From assembly GCA_036229005.1 (NCBI GenBank), contig JAZAMN010000008.1:134930-198929 (forward strand): a stretch of 64,000 bases of DNA, written 5' to 3'. This document shows, piece after piece, positions 37,790-47,959 of this stretch. The translations under genes were made by a program, and so were the position numbers. Origin of the DNA: Myxococcota bacterium (lineage in GTDB: Bacteria; Myxococcota_A; UBA796; CAJQPC01). The notes under the pieces were generated by a model. The model did not search any database, was not told the origin of the DNA, and was given only the letters and a program-made list of their open reading frames with translations. Positions within the stretch are counted from its first letter, which is position 1, and each line of letters opens with the position of its first letter.

Positions 37790-38390
37790 TCAAGAGAAGC
37801 CGAGTTCAAGTCCAGGATGGCTCCCCGTGGCCTGCCGCATATGAACTCCGGCCATCGCCGCGGCGTCGCCGGCCGCAGCCATGTGCTCGCCCGAGGTCCC
37901 CTCGACCAGCCCCGTCACCTCGTCGGTGAGCAGCTTGATCCCGTTGTTGTCGAACTTCACATTGAAGTGGACGCGGACGACCTTGCGTTCGACGATGTCC
38001 ACGCTGTCGACGAAGTAGAGGGTGATCCGACGCAGGGCCTCGAAGGGCAGGGTGTTGAAGTCCTGGCTGAAGGCCTTGGCGAAGCGGCGGAGCTGGCCGA
38101 CGTTCAGCTCCAGGGCGCGGTCGTAGTAGTCCTCCTTGAGCAGGACGCGGGACTCGCGCTCGAGCTCCTCGTGGGTCTCGGTGAGGGTGGCGATGTGCTG
38201 CTGGCAGACCGATGGGTCGAGGCCGTCCCCGATGGCGCGGAAGTAGTTGGCGATGCGACGCTCGAGGCCGCCCAGCTTCTGCTCGACGGCGCGGGCGTCC
38301 ATGCCGTAGGTGCGGCGGCGGGCCTCGATGCGGCTGTGGATGCGGCCCTTGAGGTCCTCGCGAAGAAGGGCGAAGTCCGAAAGGACCTGC
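37790..38390 (-). pseudogene. C-terminal fragment of a large serine recombinase
   Basis: Coiled coil LERRIANYFRAIGDG, then RRITLYFVDSVDI..VRVHF; no catalytic N-terminus. Confidence 0.55.
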
Positions 38391-38553
38391 TCTACCGGTT
38401 CTCCGGCGTCCGCTTGAGCCTGCCGGGTCTGGAGGCGCGCCGGCACGAGTTGCTCGATGTCGCGCTGAGGACGGGAGTCTCCGGTGCTGGGGCAAGAACG
38501 AGGACGGCCAGGTCAGCGGCACCCCAAGCTCCGACGGGTGGGCTCAGGTCGAG

Positions 38554-41500
38554 ATGGGCTACTCCCACGCCTGCGCTATGGATGGCACCGGAGCCCTGAC
38601 CTGCTGGGGGTCCAACAAGAACGGACGTGCAGCGCCTCCAACCACCGCGATGGTCGACCTCTGCGTGGGCGACACCTATCGCGCCAAGCCCGGTGGCGGC
38701 TGGTCTCGGCCAATGACCCACACCAGCCGTCCGAACGTCGATCTCAGCGCACCTGATGTGCGGGTGATGGATCTGGACGGAGACGGGATCCCCGATGCCC
38801 TGCGCCTGGGGGCTTCCGGCGCGACCTTCTTCAAGAACCTCGGCGAGGGCAAGTGGGCTCCTGGCGTCCACGTCATGGGCAGTCCGCCCTACCGGCTGGA
38901 TGACCCCCATGTGCACCTGGCAGGCATCAAGGGAGATGGTTTCCCAGATCTGGTCAAGGTCAGTCAGGGCCGCATCGAGGTCTACCCTGGCCTTGGCAAG
39001 GGCCGCTTCGGCAGCCCCTTCATCATGCAGAACGCACCCAAGTTCGGTGCTGGCTTCAATCCTCGCTACGTGCGCTTCGCAGATCTGACGGGCTCAGGAC
39101 AGGCAGATCTGCTCTACATCGAGCACAACCGTGTGACCGCCTACTTCAACCAAGCGGGACTTGCCTTTGCCGAGGGCGTGGCCCTCGGTCACACGCGCCT
39201 TTCAAGCCAAGGGCACATCGAGCCTGTCGACCTCTATGGAAACGGAGCCTCGGGTCTGCTGGTCACGGACCGCAAGGACCTCTCCGGCACTTGGCGCTAC
39301 CTAGATCTCTTCCCCGACGGCACGCCAGACCTGCTGGAGTCCATCGACAACGGGCTTGGGGCCAGCACCACGATCACCTACGGGAACTCGGCGGCCCACT
39401 GCCTCCGGGACCGGGCTGCCCTGGAGCCCTGGCAGTCCCACATGCCTTTCGTTCAGCGCGTCGTGGACAAGGTAGAGGTTCACGATACCCTCAGCGACCT
39501 GCGCCTCAACACCCGGTACACCTATCACCATGGGGTCTACGACGGCCGGGAGCGTGAGTTCCGAGGCTTTGGCCGGGTGCAGCAGTACGACACCGAGGTC
39601 GACCTGGACCCCGACCATGACTCCAGCACCACCGACAGCAGTACCCTGCTGCAGGCGATGACCAAGAGCTGGTTTCACTGCGGGACAGATCTCAACCTGT
39701 CCGAGGAGTACTACGAAGTCAGCGGCTACGCGGCCCTCGAGCACGTCGACGAGCGTCCCTCCCGCCTGACGGCCCTGCGTGCGCTGCGTGGACTTCCGCT
39801 CCGACAGGAGACCTACACCACTGACGATCTGGACACGCCCTACTCGGTGAGCGAGTCGGTCTACCGAGTCCACGAGCTTGAGGACGGGAGTGTAGGCAAG
39901 CCCTCGGATGCCCCCCTGGCCTACAAGGCGCGGTCCATCTACACCGAGCGTCTGTCCTCGGCCGAGGCGCGGGTGATGGAGACCGAGACGCTCTACGACC
40001 TCGATGACCCTTCTGGCACAGACTACGGCCTGCCCACGAAGGTCACGGAGACCGGCTACGGCAAGGCCTCCAGCGATGGCAGCGACGTGGGCGACCAGAT
40101 GGCCGAGACGCTCACGCGGGTCCGGACCAGCGAGTACCACACGGCCGTCGACTCCACGCCAACGGCCGACTACGACGTCGCCTACGACAGTGGCACGGAA
40201 GAGTTCTACTACTTGGTGGGCTTCGTCAAGAAGACGCAGCTGCAGGACAGCTCCAGCAGCGTGCTGGCCGAAGAGCAGTACTTCTACGATGGGGACGACT
40301 ACGAGGGCTTGGGACACCCCAGCTCTACCAGCAGCGCGGCGGTCGAAAAGGGCCTGCTCAAGTGCAAGCTGGTCCTCGCTATGGACGATGCCCTTCTCAG
40401 TGCGACCTACCCCTCTGGTGAAGGAGACGCTGCGGCCTTCTCTGCCCGAGGCAACTACCTGACCGACGGGACCGACCACTACATCCAGGCAGAGCGCTAC
40501 AGCCACACCGATGAGGGCCTTGTCGCCACGGCCAAGGGGCCTGGCGGTGGCACCGTCACCTTCGAGTACGACAGCACCTACGAGCTCTTCCCCATCAAGG
40601 CCACCGACGCCCTGAGCCACCCAACGGAGGTCTCCCGCGGAGAGCTGTTGTTCCGCGTGGAGTCCTCCCTGGACGCAAACGGCAACACCACCACCTACGG
40701 CTACGATGTTACCGGACTACCCGCATGGATCGCCGTCAAGGGGAAGTTCGACAACACCATCGCCAGCGACTGGGACGGAGACACCGACAGCAGCCCCACC
40801 CAGCAGTTCTCCTACGACTTCACGACATCCCCCATCCAGATCGTTGTGAAGACCCGTCAGGTCCGCGGGGGCGCGACCTTCGATGTCTACCGCTACGTCG
40901 ATGGCATGGGCAGGACGCTGCAAGAGCGGCATACCGCCGAGCCAGATCCAGACACCAGCGTGACCCGCTTCCGGGTGACGGGCTGGGTGGAGACCAACGC
41001 CAAGGGACAGCCCTACCGGGCCTACCAGCCCTACTTCGACTCCAGCTCTGCCTTCTCGATCCCGTCCACGACCGACAAGCCCTTCGTCGAGACCACCTAC
41101 GACCCCCTCGGACGGGCGACCCGGGTGGACTACCCTGACGGGACCTACGAGAGCACCAGTTTTCATCCCTGGTACCAGTCCTTCTACGACCGGAACGACA
41201 ACGCCTCAGCCATCGATGCCGAGGATGAGCGTTACGGCGACTTCTTGGGCCGCTTCAAGGACCACCTGAACACACCAACGGTGACCTACTTCGATGCCTT
41301 CGGGCGGCAGATCGCCGTCTCGGAGGACGTGGGCAAGCAGTCCGAGACTGACAAGAGCTTCCGGATCACCACCTACGAGGTCCCAGCGGGCCAGTTCACG
41401 GGGACCAGCTACGAGCTGCCCCTGCAGCAGGCCCTCAGCGAGCACTACTTTGTGATGCTCCAGGGAAGTGTGAATGTCACGGGACCCGATCCGGCCAACG

Positions 41501-44500
41501 CGAACGCACGCGTGAGCTCGGACCCCCACGGGAACTTCTCCGGCAGCACCGACGCAGACAAGCTCGAGCTGACCCGTGGTGCCTCCAACCAGGGAGACTG
41601 GGTCGGCTCGGTGACCGTCTGGGAGTGCCTTGGAGATGTCGGCGTCTCCGGCTTCCAGCTCATCGACGTTGTCGAGATCTCTGCAGGCACGGCGGCTACC
41701 CAGACCACGCAGTCTGGGAGTGCGAGCTCCAGCGCCTGGACTGACGTGGACCAGGTTGTGATCTATGGCGGCGTCCGCGGGGGTGGGGTGTCTACCTCCG
41801 AGACGGCCAAGGCCCAGTTCGGCTCGACCTGGGCAACTCTGAGTCCCTCCGGCACCGGCTCCAACGTTCTCTGGGAGCGCTACAACGAAGACTCCACCCT
41901 CGAGGCCGCGACCTTCACAGCCTATGTCGTGCAGTGGGGCAGTGAGCACAGCATCCAGCGGGTGGCCATCTCAGGCAACGCGGGTGCAGCGGGCGCAGAC
42001 AGCAGCAGCGCCTACGACACCCAGGCACTCGCGACTGCGGTGGACCGCTCCAAGAGCTGGGTGTGGGCCTCGGGCTACACCCACGGTACGGCTTTGCAGG
42101 ATGGCTTCACAGGGATCAGTGTTGCCCTCGGCGATGGGGTGACCGTCAACGAGAGTGAGTCCAGCGTCTCCGCAGGGGCCGAGAACGCGATCGAGAAGGA
42201 GCTCGTTGTCAGCGTCCACAGTCACCCAGACTTCGACGTGGACTGGCAGTTCAAGGAGGATGGAGACTCCACGGCGACCACCTACACCCACGATGTGCCC
42301 GGCGCCCTGGCCAGTGAGGTCACGAGCACCTCCACAGTCAATGCGACCGCGGGAACGCGGGCCCTGCTCCAGACCCAGACCTCAGGCGGCACGGTCAACG
42401 CCAACTACCAGCGGGTGCTCTGGCGGGCGCGTCACGAAGACCAAGGCGACGGTGTCGTCGACCGCGTCGGAGGCGGCACGGACTGGACGGCCTGGGTGCA
42501 GTCGCTGGACGCCGGTCTGCTCGAGCATGCCGTTGCGCGGCCCATCGCAGAGCCAGACACCGCGCTGCGGGTCACCACCTACCAGCTTGGTGGGACCACC
42601 TTCTCGGGCACCACCTACGACCTGAGCCTCAACGACGACCTGGCCAAGAACTACTTCGTGATGGTCATTGGCGCTGAGGAGCAGTCCTCAGGCGCCCGCG
42701 CAGACGGCTCTGGGGTGCGGGTGAGCGCAGACCCCTTCGGGACTGGAGACCTCTCCAAGAGCTCTGCAGACGACGTGCTGAGCTTCGAGCGCGGCGGGAG
42801 CACAGACCCATGGCATGGCACCATCGTGGTGGTGGAGTGCCTCGCGGACGAGGCCGCCGCTGGCTTCCGACTTCTGGACGTGGTTGAGGCGACCTGCGCT
42901 GGGGGAAGCACTGGGACACCTGCCGAGACCACCTCAGTGACCTCCCGGCAGGCCTGGGAGGATTTGGGCCAGGTCGCGGTCTACGGCGGGCCGCGGGGCG
43001 GCGGCGCATCGGTGGCCTCCGCAGACCACAAGAAGTGGGCTTCGCTCGCAGCACGCATCGTCCCCTCCGGAGACGAGGACATCACCCTCACGCGCCTCTC
43101 TCAGCTCCAAGGCCTGCTTGAGGCGACCTTCACCCTCTACGTGGTGGAGTGGGGCGTTGAGCACAACCTGCAGCGCGTGAGCGTGAGCGGCACCGCCGGC
43201 GGCTCCGGGGCCTCCAGCACCTCGCACTACAACACGGCAACTATCAGCGAGGTCGACCGAGACGGTAGTTGGGTGTGGGCTTCTGGCTACACCGCCTCGG
43301 ACAACATGGACGGAAGCTTCTTCGGTCAGCTCTTCGCGCTGGGCGACGGCGTCAACCAGTCCACCACCGAGACCTCGGTGGCGGTCGGCGACCAGGTTGG
43401 CGGCGTGCAGCGAGAGTTCTCCGTGCTCGTGCACAGCCATCCCTCGCTCGCGGTCGACCATGTCTTCCTCTCTCAGGGGAACAACGTCCCAACCACCCGC
43501 GATGCCACGGTGGACGCGGCGGCCGGGACCGAGACCTACAACACCGGCACCCCCACCAGCACCGACGGGACACGCGTGGGCGTCTGGACCACCTCCAACA
43601 CCACCACCGGCATGTCTGGCTTTGCCAAGGTGGTCTACTTCCCCCGCTTCACCGCCTCCACCACCCTCACAGGCACCCGCGCCGTTGGCAACAAGGAGAC
43701 TGCCAGCTGGGTGCAGTCTGTCGAGACCGATGGCGTGGTCTTCAGGCGCAAACACGTCACCCGGACGGTCTTCGATCTCAAGGACCAACCCATCGAGGTC
43801 TGGGACGCACGGGGGCTGGACGATGCCACCTGGGAGTTCTCCTACGACTACGTCGGACAGCGGATCAAGACCGCACACCTCACGGCCATGGGCACCCGCT
43901 ACGCCCTGGCGGACGCCGCTGGCAACCCCATCTGGTCCAGGGACGCCCGAGGGGTCGAGGTCGACCGGGTCTTCGACACCCTGAACCGCCCGACCACCGT
44001 CACCAGCGACGATGGCACCACCGCCAAGCTGCGGCGGCAGTTCACCTACATCGCCTACTCGGCCACAGACACCGCCTCGATGGCCAAGAACCTCTTCGGC
44101 CGCGTCGAGGAGGCCCGGGACGCCGACGGTCTACGTTTCTTCGAGTATGACTGGCGCGGACTGGTCACCACTGCGAGCCACAAGTTCTGGGACCAGGCGG
44201 ATGGTGCTACCGCGTGGAATAGCGGAAGCCACAGCATGTGGGCCACGGGCTTTGCCTGGGACCCCGCAATCCCCAGTGGGGCGCGCTCGGGGCTTTCGAA
44301 CTTCCTCTCGCTGGCCGACCTCGGTACAAGTGGGACAGATACTGTCCAGATCTCAACGACCTACGATGCCGCTGGACGTCCCACTCAGGTGGACTATCCT
44401 GAGGACATGTCCCTTCGGATGTCCTACAACAAAGCTGGCCTGCTGGAGTCCCAGGAGCTGCAGCGCACCTCCAGCTCTGGTTGGCAGACCATCGTCGAGG

Positions 44501-46470
44501 ACTGCGAGTACAACGCCCGGGGTCAGGTCAGCTACTTCAAGCACGGCAATGGCGTGGAGACCACCCGGGAGTACGACAGCTCCCTTGAGCGCCTGGAGCG
44601 GATCTTCACCGAGCTCACGGGGACGACACCGACGCGCTTCCAAGATCTCCGCTACGGCTATGACCCGGTGGGCAACCCGGTGAAGATCACCGACGCGCTC
44701 CGGCACGACCGCTACCGCTCCAACCAGCTGATCCCCAACAGCCGGAGCTTTTGGTACGATGGGCGCTACCGCCTGACCCGGGCCACAGGTCGGAAGCGCG
44801 CGGTCCTGGACGCCTACGGCGAGGCTGAGGTCCTCAGCAACCCGGATGAGAACGACTACGAGGGCTACGACTACCGCTACACCTACGATCAGGTCGGCAA
44901 CTTCTGGAAGAACCACGAGTATTCCACCAAGAAGCTCTACTACAAGGCGAACCGCCTCGACCTCTTCAACGGAACGGATGAGGGGAACACTGCACCCGGT
45001 TCGGGGAACTGGACCTATGACGCCAATGGCAACACCCTTCACACCCCTCGCCACAAGGAGATGCGGTACACCTTCGACAGCCAGCCCCGTTTCGTTGACA
45101 TGGATGGTGGCGGCGCTGTCCACTACTTCCGACATGCAGACCAGCGAGTGGTGCGCATGGTTCGCAAGGGAACCTCAGGCAGCCAATTCGGGCTCGGCAT
45201 CTACCTTGGGCCCTGGGAGTACCAGGAGAGTGCCACCGAGGGCTGGAGCAAGATCGTCCTTCACTGCGAGGGACACGGACGACACGCGCAGGCTGAGGTG
45301 GTGCATGACGGCACGGACAGCACTAGCGAGGACGTCTTCTTCAACCACGGAGATCACCTCGGGAGCGGTCACGTCCTGACGAAGGACGACGGAACGCTGC
45401 TCAGCCAGGAAGAGTACTTCCCATATGGGAAGGCGAGTGACAGGAGGGATGAGAGGAATCGGTATCGGTTCATTGGGGTGGAGAGGGATGAGGCGACGGG
45501 ACTTTCTGTCGTTGGACCTCGATTCTACGATCAGGCCGCTGGACGATTCCTTCAGGTTGATCCAGTTGAATTCCATGGCGCGTCCCCCTTCTCCTACGCA
45601 GGGAGTAGCCCGATCGCATTGATGGACCGTACTGGCTATGCTCCTGAGTGGGTAGACCGTGCGTTGAATTGGACAAGGACTCTCATTCAAAGAACCTACG
45701 AGTATGTAAAGCCCGCAGAAAAGCCTCAACCCGATCCACTGAAGGCCTCGAGAAACGAAGCTGCATTGGCTGCACTGGAAGGCGAGCCGGCCGAGGTCAT
45801 TGGGATCACACTGATCAAGTCATCGGACGGTAGTCACGACTTTCGAGACTCCCCCGACCTCGGGGCAAACCACAGAAACAGCAGCCCTGGCCCACATAGC
45901 TATGGTGGACGAAACTACTACGGGGTCCAAATTGAGTTCAACCTCTCTGAGGAGTCTTCTTCGAATTCCGTGTACTGGAAGCGGGGCGTCGAAATTCGCG
46001 AATCGACGATTTCATTCAAAGATGCGCCAGGGCAAACTGCCGAAATGGACGTTCTTTCAAAGATGGTTGGCACTCCGACAGTGCAGGGAGTGTCTGGGGA
46101 GAAAGAACTCGTCGTTGATGACAAAGATATGCGCTCATTGCAAGCCTCGACCCTACGGCCAGATGAGAGAACACTCGTAGTCGCAGATTCCGTCGGCGGG
46201 CTGGACTCCGGTTCGGAAGGCAGAATGCTGTTGGACTTTGTTGTTGTTCTGTACACGCTGCCTGATCTGGACGAACCAGACTCGCTTTCCGAGAAGGAAC
46301 AGAGGGACTCACTCGGGGGTAGAGCAATTGGGGAGGTTCGCTACACCATGGAGTACGCGTATGATGGCGGCAAGTGGGTTGGTGAGGGAGTGGTTGAGGG
46401 GTCAGTGGAGGGCTGGATTGTCGACACCGAAACGGGCGAAGTTCGGAGTATTGATGTTGAGGTTAAGTAG
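38554..46470 (+). CDS. giant Tc-toxin BC-fusion/Rhs protein (FG-GAP, TcdB midN, YD repeats, Rhs core, toxin tip); N-terminus chimeric
   Basis: DLDGDG/DLTGSG repeats, YHHGVYDGREREFRGFG, YD repeats, DHLGS..EEYFPYG..ERDEATGL..RF...P....DRTG. Confidence 0.9.
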   Translation: MGYSHACAMDGTGALTCWGSNKNGRAAPPTTAMVDLCVGDTYRAKPGGGWSRPMTHTSRPNVDLSAPDVRVMDLDGDGIPDALRLGASGATFFKNLGEGKWAPGVHVMGSPPYRLDDPHVHLAGIKGDGFPDLVKVSQGRIEVYPGLGKGRFGSPFIMQNAPKFGAGFNPRYVRFADLTGSGQADLLYIEHNRVTAYFNQAGLAFAEGVALGHTRLSSQGHIEPVDLYGNGASGLLVTDRKDLSGTWRYLDLFPDGTPDLLESIDNGLGASTTITYGNSAAHCLRDRAALEPWQSHMPFVQRVVDKVEVHDTLSDLRLNTRYTYHHGVYDGREREFRGFGRVQQYDTEVDLDPDHDSSTTDSSTLLQAMTKSWFHCGTDLNLSEEYYEVSGYAALEHVDERPSRLTALRALRGLPLRQETYTTDDLDTPYSVSESVYRVHELEDGSVGKPSDAPLAYKARSIYTERLSSAEARVMETETLYDLDDPSGTDYGLPTKVTETGYGKASSDGSDVGDQMAETLTRVRTSEYHTAVDSTPTADYDVAYDSGTEEFYYLVGFVKKTQLQDSSSSVLAEEQYFYDGDDYEGLGHPSSTSSAAVEKGLLKCKLVLAMDDALLSATYPSGEGDAAAFSARGNYLTDGTDHYIQAERYSHTDEGLVATAKGPGGGTVTFEYDSTYELFPIKATDALSHPTEVSRGELLFRVESSLDANGNTTTYGYDVTGLPAWIAVKGKFDNTIASDWDGDTDSSPTQQFSYDFTTSPIQIVVKTRQVRGGATFDVYRYVDGMGRTLQERHTAEPDPDTSVTRFRVTGWVETNAKGQPYRAYQPYFDSSSAFSIPSTTDKPFVETTYDPLGRATRVDYPDGTYESTSFHPWYQSFYDRNDNASAIDAEDERYGDFLGRFKDHLNTPTVTYFDAFGRQIAVSEDVGKQSETDKSFRITTYEVPAGQFTGTSYELPLQQALSEHYFVMLQGSVNVTGPDPANANARVSSDPHGNFSGSTDADKLELTRGASNQGDWVGSVTVWECLGDVGVSGFQLIDVVEISAGTAATQTTQSGSASSSAWTDVDQVVIYGGVRGGGVSTSETAKAQFGSTWATLSPSGTGSNVLWERYNEDSTLEAATFTAYVVQWGSEHSIQRVAISGNAGAAGADSSSAYDTQALATAVDRSKSWVWASGYTHGTALQDGFTGISVALGDGVTVNESESSVSAGAENAIEKELVVSVHSHPDFDVDWQFKEDGDSTATTYTHDVPGALASEVTSTSTVNATAGTRALLQTQTSGGTVNANYQRVLWRARHEDQGDGVVDRVGGGTDWTAWVQSLDAGLLEHAVARPIAEPDTALRVTTYQLGGTTFSGTTYDLSLNDDLAKNYFVMVIGAEEQSSGARADGSGVRVSADPFGTGDLSKSSADDVLSFERGGSTDPWHGTIVVVECLADEAAAGFRLLDVVEATCAGGSTGTPAETTSVTSRQAWEDLGQVAVYGGPRGGGASVASADHKKWASLAARIVPSGDEDITLTRLSQLQGLLEATFTLYVVEWGVEHNLQRVSVSGTAGGSGASSTSHYNTATISEVDRDGSWVWASGYTASDNMDGSFFGQLFALGDGVNQSTTETSVAVGDQVGGVQREFSVLVHSHPSLAVDHVFLSQGNNVPTTRDATVDAAAGTETYNTGTPTSTDGTRVGVWTTSNTTTGMSGFAKVVYFPRFTASTTLTGTRAVGNKETASWVQSVETDGVVFRRKHVTRTVFDLKDQPIEVWDARGLDDATWEFSYDYVGQRIKTAHLTAMGTRYALADAAGNPIWSRDARGVEVDRVFDTLNRPTTVTSDDGTTAKLRRQFTYIAYSATDTASMAKNLFGRVEEARDADGLRFFEYDWRGLVTTASHKFWDQADGATAWNSGSHSMWATGFAWDPAIPSGARSGLSNFLSLADLGTSGTDTVQISTTYDAAGRPTQVDYPEDMSLRMSYNKAGLLESQELQRTSSSGWQTIVEDCEYNARGQVSYFKHGNGVETTREYDSSLERLERIFTELTGTTPTRFQDLRYGYDPVGNPVKITDALRHDRYRSNQLIPNSRSFWYDGRYRLTRATGRKRAVLDAYGEAEVLSNPDENDYEGYDYRYTYDQVGNFWKNHEYSTKKLYYKANRLDLFNGTDEGNTAPGSGNWTYDANGNTLHTPRHKEMRYTFDSQPRFVDMDGGGAVHYFRHADQRVVRMVRKGTSGSQFGLGIYLGPWEYQESATEGWSKIVLHCEGHGRHAQAEVVHDGTDSTSEDVFFNHGDHLGSGHVLTKDDGTLLSQEEYFPYGKASDRRDERNRYRFIGVERDEATGLSVVGPRFYDQAAGRFLQVDPVEFHGASPFSYAGSSPIALMDRTGYAPEWVDRALNWTRTLIQRTYEYVKPAEKPQPDPLKASRNEAALAALEGEPAEVIGITLIKSSDGSHDFRDSPDLGANHRNSSPGPHSYGGRNYYGVQIEFNLSEESSSNSVYWKRGVEIRESTISFKDAPGQTAEMDVLSKMVGTPTVQGVSGEKELVVDDKDMRSLQASTLRPDERTLVVADSVGGLDSGSEGRMLLDFVVVLYTLPDLDEPDSLSEKEQRDSLGGRAIGEVRYTMEYAYDGGKWVGEGVVEGSVEGWIVDTETGEVRSIDVEVK
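41359..43730 (+). repeat. internal tandem duplication, 2 x ~400 aa
   Basis: RITTYE..FTGTSYEL / RVTTYQ..FSGTTYDL ... AWVQS / SWVQS. Confidence 0.85.
45412..45494 (+). repeat. Rhs core repeat copy 1 (palindrome 45417-45432)
   Basis: GAGTACTTCCCATATGGGAAGGCGAGTGAC core. Confidence 0.95.
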
Positions 46471-46483
46471 AAATTCCCGGACA

Positions 46484-47143
46484 GTGAGGCCTCACCTTTT
46501 CGCTTTCCTGTGCCTATTCGGTACGCAGGCGTGGGCTACCGACCAAACTTGGTCGGGGCGCGGCGTTCAGTACTCAACCGGTTTCGGCGGTCCCGATCGT
46601 GCGATAGTCCTGGATACGAGAACAGGGGCACTGCGCTCGATCCCAATCGAGCAGATGGACCAGATTTCCGGACAGCGAGTGACCTACCCATGGGAGCATT
46701 GTCTTGTCGCCGAGCAATCGGATGATGTGCTATCTCCGATGGATGTGTCGGCGTGCAGAGAAAACCCGGTTACGCCCTTGGCCCATTTGTGGACGGAAGA
46801 AGAACTCCTTTTCACCGTGAATACTGCTGACGCAAACGGGCCCAGGCGGCCACTGAAACGGGAATCGGAGCTGTTCGTAATCGTCCAGTACAACCACCTC
46901 CCAGAAGTGCTACAGGCTGCTGCCATCCGGTCAGGAGACCTTGCCGTGCTCGATATCCCAAAGTGTCGGCTATTCCAGACTGGCTTGTGCCTTCGCCAAC
47001 GACGTTTCGAAAGTCATTGGGTAGTCGTACTGGAGGGTGCGCCCCTGCTTGCCGACCTCCCATTGGCCGAATTCGTCCTATCAACGCATTCCGCCCTCTA
47101 CAGCACTGGAGTCACGATGAGCAGGGACTACATTCTTCACTGA
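46484..47143 (+). CDS. putative secreted immunity protein for main Rhs tip
   Basis: Directly downstream of toxin; signal peptide MRPHLFAFLCLFGTQAWA. Confidence 0.6.
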   Translation: MRPHLFAFLCLFGTQAWATDQTWSGRGVQYSTGFGGPDRAIVLDTRTGALRSIPIEQMDQISGQRVTYPWEHCLVAEQSDDVLSPMDVSACRENPVTPLAHLWTEEELLFTVNTADANGPRRPLKRESELFVIVQYNHLPEVLQAAAIRSGDLAVLDIPKCRLFQTGLCLRQRRFESHWVVVLEGAPLLADLPLAEFVLSTHSALYSTGVTMSRDYILH

Positions 47144-47248
47144 CCAGGTTGATGGTTTCAAGGCGACGTCCTGCCTCAGTTGAACCGCTGACCGGCCAGA
47201 GGGCTCCCAGAGACTGGAGCCGGCTGTGCGGCCGCTTGGCGCTAGTCA

Positions 47249-47959
47249 CTACAACTGCTCTGGTCGCCTGACCAACCTTAGCCCCCAGAGCGGAGTTGTC
47301 GCGTAGTGGGATGAGGCAGGCTCGAAGGATATGCTCCTGATCTGGACGTCTATCGGACCGTTGTCGACCTCTACGTCTGTCAAGTAGTTCCCTCCGGCAA
47401 GCCCGTAGCCGCGGAGGTCAGAGTAGACCAACTCCGCAACGTTTCCGAATACGTGACACAGCTGATGCCCTGTGCAGCCGGCGTGGGCTGGAAGCAATTT
47501 CGTAAGGGACAGCCTCTTGCCATCCATGTACCACTCGAGATTTGGAAGCTGCGAGCTACTGTAGCCGTTTGCCTCACGTTGTATGCAGAGCGACTCTTCC
47601 CAGGTCGGAAGCGACCAGGGGCCGAATTCGACCCCGTCCATCATGTCGACAGCGGGCGCTGCAGATGCGAACTGAGTTGCTACCTCCTTCAAGTCTCTCG
47701 GTTGGAGACAAGTCACCGGGTAGGTGTCTTGCTCGGTCGCAACAGGGTTCATGCATGTCGTGTAGTTTGGGGCGTCGAGGCGGACTCCCGCCGCCTTTGC
47801 TTGTCTTGTAGTCAGCTCTGTTTGTTGGACCAATATCAACTGCCCCCTGCACGGGACTGCGACTGAACCCTCCTTCTCAGGGTTCTGATTCAGATGCATC
47901 TCTGGGATCCGCGTCGAGGGGGTGGCACAGGCCAGTGACAGAAGCCAAAAGGGGATCAT
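47249..47959 (-). CDS. putative immunity lipoprotein, SUMF1/FGE-sulfatase-like fold
   Basis: ATGA-coupled to toxin; LSLAC lipobox; TELT, YPVT, LPTWEE, GNVAE, GGNY, GLRLVR. Confidence 0.7.
   Translation of the reverse strand: MIPFWLLSLACATPSTRIPEMHLNQNPEKEGSVAVPCRGQLILVQQTELTTRQAKAAGVRLDAPNYTTCMNPVATEQDTYPVTCLQPRDLKEVATQFASAAPAVDMMDGVEFGPWSLPTWEESLCIQREANGYSSSQLPNLEWYMDGKRLSLTKLLPAHAGCTGHQLCHVFGNVAELVYSDLRGYGLAGGNYLTDVEVDNGPIDVQIRSISFEPASSHYATTPLWGLRLVRRPEQL

Noticed and set aside
47249..47959. Diversity-generating retroelement target (FGE/CLec fold)
   Set aside because: No reverse transcriptase and no template/variable repeat pair with adenine-specific differences seen.
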